From Archangium sp. (GTDB taxonomy: Bacteria; Myxococcota; Myxococcia; Myxococcales; Myxococcaceae), in NCBI GenBank assembly GCA_031367385.1, contig JANLPS010000185.1:1-20920 (forward strand): a stretch of 20,920 bases of DNA. Reading direction: 5' to 3'. Positions within the stretch are counted from its first letter, which is position 1; every line of letters starts with the position of its first letter. The notes beneath the pieces were generated by a model. The model made no database searches. It was not told the DNA's origin and was given only the letters and a program-made list of their open reading frames with translations. This document shows positions 16,006 to 20,920 of this stretch, in pieces. Both the position numbers and the translations under genes were made by a program.

Positions 16006-17555
16006 TGGTTTTGCTCTCCAGGCTGAACAGGAATCATGACGGTGAAATCGCTGCCCATGCCGACCGATGACTCGACGGCAAAGTGCCCGCCATGGTCTTC
16101 GACGATTCGGTACGCGATTGAAAGACCAAGCCCGGTGCCTTCACCGGGGGGCTTGGTGGTGAAATGGGGCTCGAAGATGCGCGGCAGGTGCTCAGCGGGT
16201 ATGCCGCAGCCCTTGTCGCTGACCTTGATGTAGCAGTGCGCGTCTCGCACACCGGTCTCGACGTAAACGGTGCCGTCGCTGTTCGGCGTGGCCTGGAGCG
16301 CGTTCTGCAACAAGTTCAACGTGACTTGCCCCATCTGCGACGAGTCGCCGTACACCTGCGGCAGGTTGGCCGGCAGCTTCAGCTCGAGCTTGGCGCGGGG
16401 GTACTTCTTGATCTGCGCCTTGAACAACACCGCGGCATCTTCGACGCACTTCGAGAGGTCGAACAACCGCCGGTCTTCGGCCTTCGAGCGCCGGCTGAAC
16501 TTGAGCAGGCTCTCGACGATGCGTTTGCACCGCAGGGCGCTCTCTTCAATCAACGCGAGCGACTCGAGATCGCTCGGCGTGCGGCCCTGATCGCGCTTCA
16601 TCAGCTGCGAGAAAGCGAGAATGCCACCCAATGGGTTGTTGATTTCATGCGCCACGCCGCCGGCCAAATTGCCAATGGCGATCATCTTCTCGTTCTCGAT
16701 CTGTCGGCGAATGACCGCGCGCTCTTCGGTGACGTCACGGTAGCTGCACACCGCGACGGGCTCGTCGTCCATCGGGTAGAGGCTGACGACGTAGGTGCGG
16801 TCGCCGTGCGTTATTTCAGCGCTGGCGGGCTCTTTGATCTCGGGGCCAATCGGGCAACCGACGCACTTCTCGGCGCGGCCGAAGATGAACTGGTGGCACT
16901 TGGGCCGCTCTTGCACCTCGGAGATCTCGCGACCGGTGACCCGGGCCGCCGCACGGTTGGCGCGTCGCACCATCAACCCGTCGGTGTGAACGACGGCCAG
17001 CGGGCTGTCGATGGTATCGAAGGTCAGCTCCCAGTCGCGCTTAGCGCGTGAGAGCATCACGGTGCGTTGCGCAACGCGTTCTTCGAGCTCGCCGTTGAGC
17101 TTGCGCAGGTCGCCGTTCTGCTGCTGGCTGAGCGCGAACAGCCGCTCGTTCTCGGTGACCAGGTGGTGCTGCTCGAAGGCGCTGCGCACCATCAGCAACA
17201 GCTGCGCGTCGTTCCACGGCTTGGAGATGAAGCGAAAGACCTCGGAGCGGTTGATCGCTTCTTCGATGGCCTGCTGATCAGCCTGACCCGTCAGCATGAT
17301 TCGCTGGGTGCTGGGCGAGAGCCCTTTGATCGCCGCCAGCAGCTCGACCCCGTTCATGCCGGGCATGCGAAAGTCAGAGATGACCACCGCCGGCTGAAAC
17401 TGCTTGAACAGCGCGAGGCCCTTCTCACCGTCGGCAGCGACCTCGATCTCCCACTCGCCGCGACGCAGCACCCGGCGCAGCGAGCGCAGAATGTTCTCCT
17501 CGTCGTCGACGAGCATCAGACGACCCGGCTTGAGAGCCTCAGGGAGCGGCGGCAT
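16002..17555 (-). CDS. hsfB: Hybrid cytoplasmic sensor kinase (REC-PAS-like-HisKA-HATPase), probable HsfB orthologue
   Basis: N-terminal REC (MLVDDE, SDFRMP, FISKPW), H-box GVAHEINNPL, N-box NLLQNA, DKGCG and FEPHFTTK..GEGTGLGL. ATGA overlap with the activator gene. Start 17555 is supported by the upstream sigma54 motif. Symbol is tentative. Confidence 0.88.
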   Translation of the reverse strand: MPPLPEALKPGRLMLVDDEENILRSLRRVLRRGEWEIEVAADGEKGLALFKQFQPAVVISDFRMPGMNGVELLAAIKGLSPSTQRIMLTGQADQQAIEEAINRSEVFRFISKPWNDAQLLLMVRSAFEQHHLVTENERLFALSQQQNGDLRKLNGELEERVAQRTVMLSRAKRDWELTFDTIDSPLAVVHTDGLMVRRANRAAARVTGREISEVQERPKCHQFIFGRAEKCVGCPIGPEIKEPASAEITHGDRTYVVSLYPMDDEPVAVCSYRDVTEERAVIRRQIENEKMIAIGNLAGGVAHEINNPLGGILAFSQLMKRDQGRTPSDLESLALIEESALRCKRIVESLLKFSRRSKAEDRRLFDLSKCVEDAAVLFKAQIKKYPRAKLELKLPANLPQVYGDSSQMGQVTLNLLQNALQATPNSDGTVYVETGVRDAHCYIKVSDKGCGIPAEHLPRIFEPHFTTKPPGEGTGLGLSIAYRIVEDHGGHFAVESSVGMGSDFTVMIPVQPGEQNQ

Positions 17556-17591
17556 GACGGCGAGAGCGGAGGCCACGGTAGCAAATGACCT

Positions 17592-17608
17592 AGCAATGGG
17601 TCGGCCAG
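17592..17608 (-). promoter_or_regulatory. Sigma54 (-24/-12) promoter for the kinase/activator pair
   Basis: Minus strand reads CTGGCCGACCCATTGCT = TGGC-N7-TTGCT with exact GG-N10-GC spacing, ending 36 nt upstream of ATG 17555. Confidence 0.7.
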
Positions 17609-17632
17609 CCCCAGAGTCAGCCGAAACCCACT

Positions 17633-17648
17633 GAATCATTCATGATTC
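17633..17648. promoter_or_regulatory. Perfect inverted repeat GAATCAT-TC-ATGATTC, candidate transcription-factor site
   Basis: AT-rich 7-bp arms with a 2-bp spacer in a high-GC intergenic region just upstream of the sigma54 motif. Confidence 0.5.
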
Positions 17649-17742
17649 TGGCGTAAGCGGCTCGAACGGCCTGGGTCGACACCTACCCTTGGCTCGCAAT
17701 CGGGTCACTTCAGACCCCACCAGGCCGTGCGAAAGAGCGCGC

Positions 17743-18657
17743 CTACACGGCGAGAAGGTTGGCCTGATGCAGGCTGATCTTGTTGCGACCCTCGTTTTTC
17801 GCCCGGTACATGGCGTCGTCGGCGGTCTTCAACAACTGCTCGGGGCTGCTGATCGACCGAGTGGGGAAGCACGAGATACCGAAGCTGGCCGTGACGCGCA
17901 GGTGCTTGAGCGAGCTGAGCTGCATTCGGTGAATGTCGTGACTGATGCGTTCTGCAACGGTCAGCGCCCCGGCGAGGTGGGTGTGCGGCAGGAGCACGGC
18001 AAACTCTTCACCGCCGTAGCGGGCGAGAAAATCAGTCTCGCGAACGGCCTGTTTGAGCACCTCGGAGAGGCCGCGGAGCACAGCGTCTCCGACCTGGTGA
18101 CCGAACTGGTCGTTGATCTGTTTGAAGTGATCGAGGTCGAGCAGAATCAGGGCGACGGGGTCGTCGTAGCGCTGGGAGCGGCGAAACTCTTCGCGCAGAC
18201 GTTCTTGAAACGCGTGGTGGTTGAAGAGTTGGGTGAGGCCGTCGGTGACCGAGAGCTCGCGCAGGCGGCTGACGTCTTGTTCAAGCGCGATGCGGGTACG
18301 GGCTGCGTTTTGCGCACGGCGGGCGCGCGAGATCAGCTCGGCGTCACTGACTGACATGGGCACCGCGTCGTGGGCCCCGAGCTCGAGGGCTTCGATGCGG
18401 CCAGCCGCGTCATCGGAGCGCACGATGGCCTGGGTGTGCGAGCTGACTTGACCGGCGAGGTGCTGCAGCACGGCGAAACCGGTTTCTCCGGGGAGATCTT
18501 TGTCGGTGACGACGAGGTCGACCTTGTGTTCGAGGCACACGCTGATCGCCTGACCGGCGCTCTGGGCGCGCAGCACGTTGGCCTTGGCGGCCTCGAATGC
18601 TGCGATGGCCCCCGAGGGCGTGGCTTCGACGATGAGCACGGTCCACCGGTCGGTCAT
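17743..18657 (-). CDS. Diguanylate cyclase with atypical N-terminal receiver domain (REC-GGDEF)
   Basis: TDGLTQLFN, DLDHFKQINDQFGHQVGD, RETD I-site five residues before GGEEF, and ADDAMYRAKNEGRN. Confidence 0.92.
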   Translation of the reverse strand: MTDRWTVLIVEATPSGAIAAFEAAKANVLRAQSAGQAISVCLEHKVDLVVTDKDLPGETGFAVLQHLAGQVSSHTQAIVRSDDAAGRIEALELGAHDAVPMSVSDAELISRARRAQNAARTRIALEQDVSRLRELSVTDGLTQLFNHHAFQERLREEFRRSQRYDDPVALILLDLDHFKQINDQFGHQVGDAVLRGLSEVLKQAVRETDFLARYGGEEFAVLLPHTHLAGALTVAERISHDIHRMQLSSLKHLRVTASFGISCFPTRSISSPEQLLKTADDAMYRAKNEGRNKISLHQANLLAV

Positions 18658-18736
18658 GTCGTGGCGTCCTAGTCAATTCTGGAGCGGAAACAACACCCCC
18701 CTTTCACATTCGTGACTCTCTGTGATTCAACGCGGC

Positions 18737-19519
18737 ATGGCTCGACCCTCCCTGACCCTGTTCATGCCGGCCTGGAACGAGGAGGAGTACGTCGAGCGAG
18801 CGGTGAGCCGGGCGGTCAAGGTGCTCGAGCGGCTGACCGACGAGTGGGAGCTCTTGATCATCAACGACGCCTCGACCGATCGCACCCGCGAAATGGCCGA
18901 AGGCCTCGCCGCGAAAGACTCGCGCATTCGGGTGATCAGCCACGAGGTGAACCAGAAGCTCGGCGGCGCGATGAAGACGGGGTTCAGCTCGAGCAGCAAA
19001 GACATCGTCATTTACACCGACATCGACCTGCCCTTCGACCTGAACGAGCTCGAGCGGGCACTGCACCTGATGAGCTACCTCGAGGCCGACGTGATCTGCG
19101 CGTTTCGCTTCGATCGCACCAGCGAAGGCCTGAAGCGCATCGCCTACTCGTACGTGTACAACACCCTGATTCGCGGGCTGTTCGACGTGTTCATCAAAGA
19201 CGTGAACTTCAGCTTCAAGGTGGTGCACCGCCGGGTGCTCGAGTCGATCGAGCTGAAGAGCGAGGGCAGCTTCGTCGACGCCGAGCTGGTGGTGAAGGCG
19301 ATCAAGCGGGGCTTTCGGGTCTTTCAAATGGGAGTCGATTACTTCCCCCGCACCCGAGGCATCTCGACGCTGGCGTCACCCTCGGTGATCGTGAAAATTC
19401 TGCGAGAGCTGGGCGAGCTGTATTCTGAGGTGAAGACGCCGCAACAGCCGGTTCGGCCGACCCGGTTGCCGGCCTCGGTCAAGCCCATCGCCCGCAGAGG
19501 CACCGCGAAACGCGCATGA
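18737..19519 (+). CDS. Glycosyltransferase family 2 (DPM1/polyprenol-phosphate glycosyltransferase-like)
   Basis: MPAWNEE, INDASTDRT, N-x2-LGGA-x2-TG, YTDID (DxD) and DVNFSFK motifs. Confidence 0.9.
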   Translation: MARPSLTLFMPAWNEEEYVERAVSRAVKVLERLTDEWELLIINDASTDRTREMAEGLAAKDSRIRVISHEVNQKLGGAMKTGFSSSSKDIVIYTDIDLPFDLNELERALHLMSYLEADVICAFRFDRTSEGLKRIAYSYVYNTLIRGLFDVFIKDVNFSFKVVHRRVLESIELKSEGSFVDAELVVKAIKRGFRVFQMGVDYFPRTRGISTLASPSVIVKILRELGELYSEVKTPQQPVRPTRLPASVKPIARRGTAKRA

Positions 19520-20340
19520 TTCAGCTCGTGATCAACGCCGACGACCTCGGCCTTCACCCCCGAATCGACGAAGGTATCTTCGAGGCACACGCGCACGGCA
19601 TCGTGACCAGCTCGACGTTGCTGGCGACCGGGCCGACGGCGCACGGGGCCGCGAAGCGCGCGCGCCGAGAAGCGCTCCCGGTGGGGTTGCACCTGTGCTT
19701 GACGACGCACCTGACACCGGCGGCGAAGACGACAGACGTACGGTGGCTGGCGCCCGGGGGCCGGTTTCGCCGCAACTGGGCCGAGCTGTCGCTTGCGTGG
19801 CTGAGCCGGTTGGTGCCGCGCGAAGAGGTCGAGCTCGAGTTTCGGGCGCAGATCGAGCGCACCCGCCAGCTGGGGCTTACGATCGATCACCTCGACACCC
19901 ACCAGCACCTGCACCTGCTGCCGGGGCTGACGCCGATCGTCGAGGCGCTGGCGACCGAGCTGGGCGTGCCGGTTCGCTGGCCGACCGAGCGACCCAATGC
20001 GCATTGGTTGATGCACCCGAAGTCGGCGCTCAAGTCGGCGCTGCTCTCTGGCCTGGCGCGCTCGAAGCCGATGGGCACGGCGCGGCGGGTGGCGGCCTCG
20101 GGAGTCTTCGAGTCGGGGCGCCTGTCAGAGCCGCGGCTGCTCCGGTTGCTTGCCGGGCTGACCGACGGCCAGCACGAGATTGCGTGTCACCCCGGGTTCG
20201 AGCCGGGGGTGGTGAAGCACGACCCGCACTGGCATTACGACTGGGAGACCGAGCTGACAGCGCTCACCAGCACCCGGGTGCGCGCGGCCATCACCGAGCG
20301 GGGCATCGCCCTGTGTAGTTACCGTGAGCTGACCTCGTAA
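19516..20340 (+). CDS. YdjC/ChbG/HpnK family carbohydrate deacetylase
   Basis: INADDLG, VGLHLCL, HLDTHQHLH and EIACHPG motifs; ATGA overlap with the GT2 gene. Confidence 0.9.
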   Translation: MIQLVINADDLGLHPRIDEGIFEAHAHGIVTSSTLLATGPTAHGAAKRARREALPVGLHLCLTTHLTPAAKTTDVRWLAPGGRFRRNWAELSLAWLSRLVPREEVELEFRAQIERTRQLGLTIDHLDTHQHLHLLPGLTPIVEALATELGVPVRWPTERPNAHWLMHPKSALKSALLSGLARSKPMGTARRVAASGVFESGRLSEPRLLRLLAGLTDGQHEIACHPGFEPGVVKHDPHWHYDWETELTALTSTRVRAAITERGIALCSYRELTS

Positions 20341-20407
20341 CCTGCCGTTCTGCGGGCTGATTCGGTGTGGGACGGATCAGCGCCGGCACCGGTGGCAACC
20401 TACCGGC

Positions 20408-20920
20408 ATGCGCCTCCCCCGCTCCGTCGCACCGGCCGTGTTGATGCTGGCTGCCTGTGGCAGCTTCATTCCCAGTCAACAGACGGAGCGCCTGGGGCCC
20501 GATGATGTGAGCTGGCACCCGAGTGGGAGCCTGACCGTGCCCAGGGCTTCTCCTGACGTGGTGACGCTGCCCGATGGTCGGGTGTTGGTGCTGGGCGGCC
20601 TCGAGTCGGTACCGACGCCAGTCGAGGCCTACGACCCGTCGACCGGCAAGTGGAAGACCTGGGGTGACGCGCTTCAGCGCACCGAGGCGCCGGTGGTGCT
20701 GGCCGACGGGCGGGTGTTGGTGTCGAATGAGCGCGCTCCGAAGCTGCTCGACCCTGTGACCCACGACATCACGTCGGCAGGAGCCTTCGTCGACGCGCGA
20801 ACGGGGCACACCGCGACCTTGCTGCACGATGGGCGGGTGCTGGTCACCGGAGGCGCGATCGCCGAGCAGCCCACGCCGCGCTGCGAAATCTACGACCCTG
20901 CGAGCAACACGTGGAGCGGC
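20408..20920 (+). CDS. Kelch-repeat lipoprotein (3'-truncated by window)
   Basis: Absent from the ORF track because it has no stop in the window. Reads MRLPRSVAPAVLMLAAC (lipobox LAAC), then Kelch repeats TLPDGRVLVLGG...EAYDPSTGKW and RTGHTATLLHDGRVLVTGG...EIYDPASNTW. Confidence 0.85.
   Translation, partial: MRLPRSVAPAVLMLAACGSFIPSQQTERLGPDDVSWHPSGSLTVPRASPDVVTLPDGRVLVLGGLESVPTPVEAYDPSTGKWKTWGDALQRTEAPVVLADGRVLVSNERAPKLLDPVTHDITSAGAFVDARTGHTATLLHDGRVLVTGGAIAEQPTPRCEIYDPASNTWSG

Noticed and set aside
20291..20827. 178-aa minus-strand ORF and other short ORFs at the right end
   Set aside because: Shadows of the plus-strand Kelch lipoprotein beginning at 20408.

Overview
High-GC, gene-dense chromosomal window that looks myxobacterial (Myxococcota). 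The evidence is a MYXO-CTERM-like sorting tail, an HsfB/HsfA-like sigma54 system and a Kelch lipoprotein. In order it holds: the C-terminus of a Cys/Gly-rich surface protein; divergent ppx and ppk1; an orphan tatA; a long-chain acyl-CoA synthetase; a compact sigma70-family factor apparently lacking most of region 3; a five-gene minus-strand pterin operon (FolM/PTR1-like reductase, FolB fused to a cupin, QueD, a divergent FolE, and a GlcD-like FAD oxidoreductase); a hypothetical gene; rarA; a GNAT gene; a small His/Cys/Trp-rich hypothetical; a composite tandem-repeat/REP-like intergenic element; a REC-GGDEF, hybrid kinase and sigma54 activator cluster with an internal sigma54 promoter; a GT2 plus YdjC-family pair; and a partial Kelch lipoprotein. 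The best candidate for an undescribed system is the pterin operon. It combines a FolB-cupin fusion with a FolE carrying non-canonical active-site residues (including His->Gln in EAEHxC), and no folK or queCEF is adjacent. No rRNA, tRNA, CRISPR array or transposase was recognised. Family assignments come from motif recognition only; no database searches were run.
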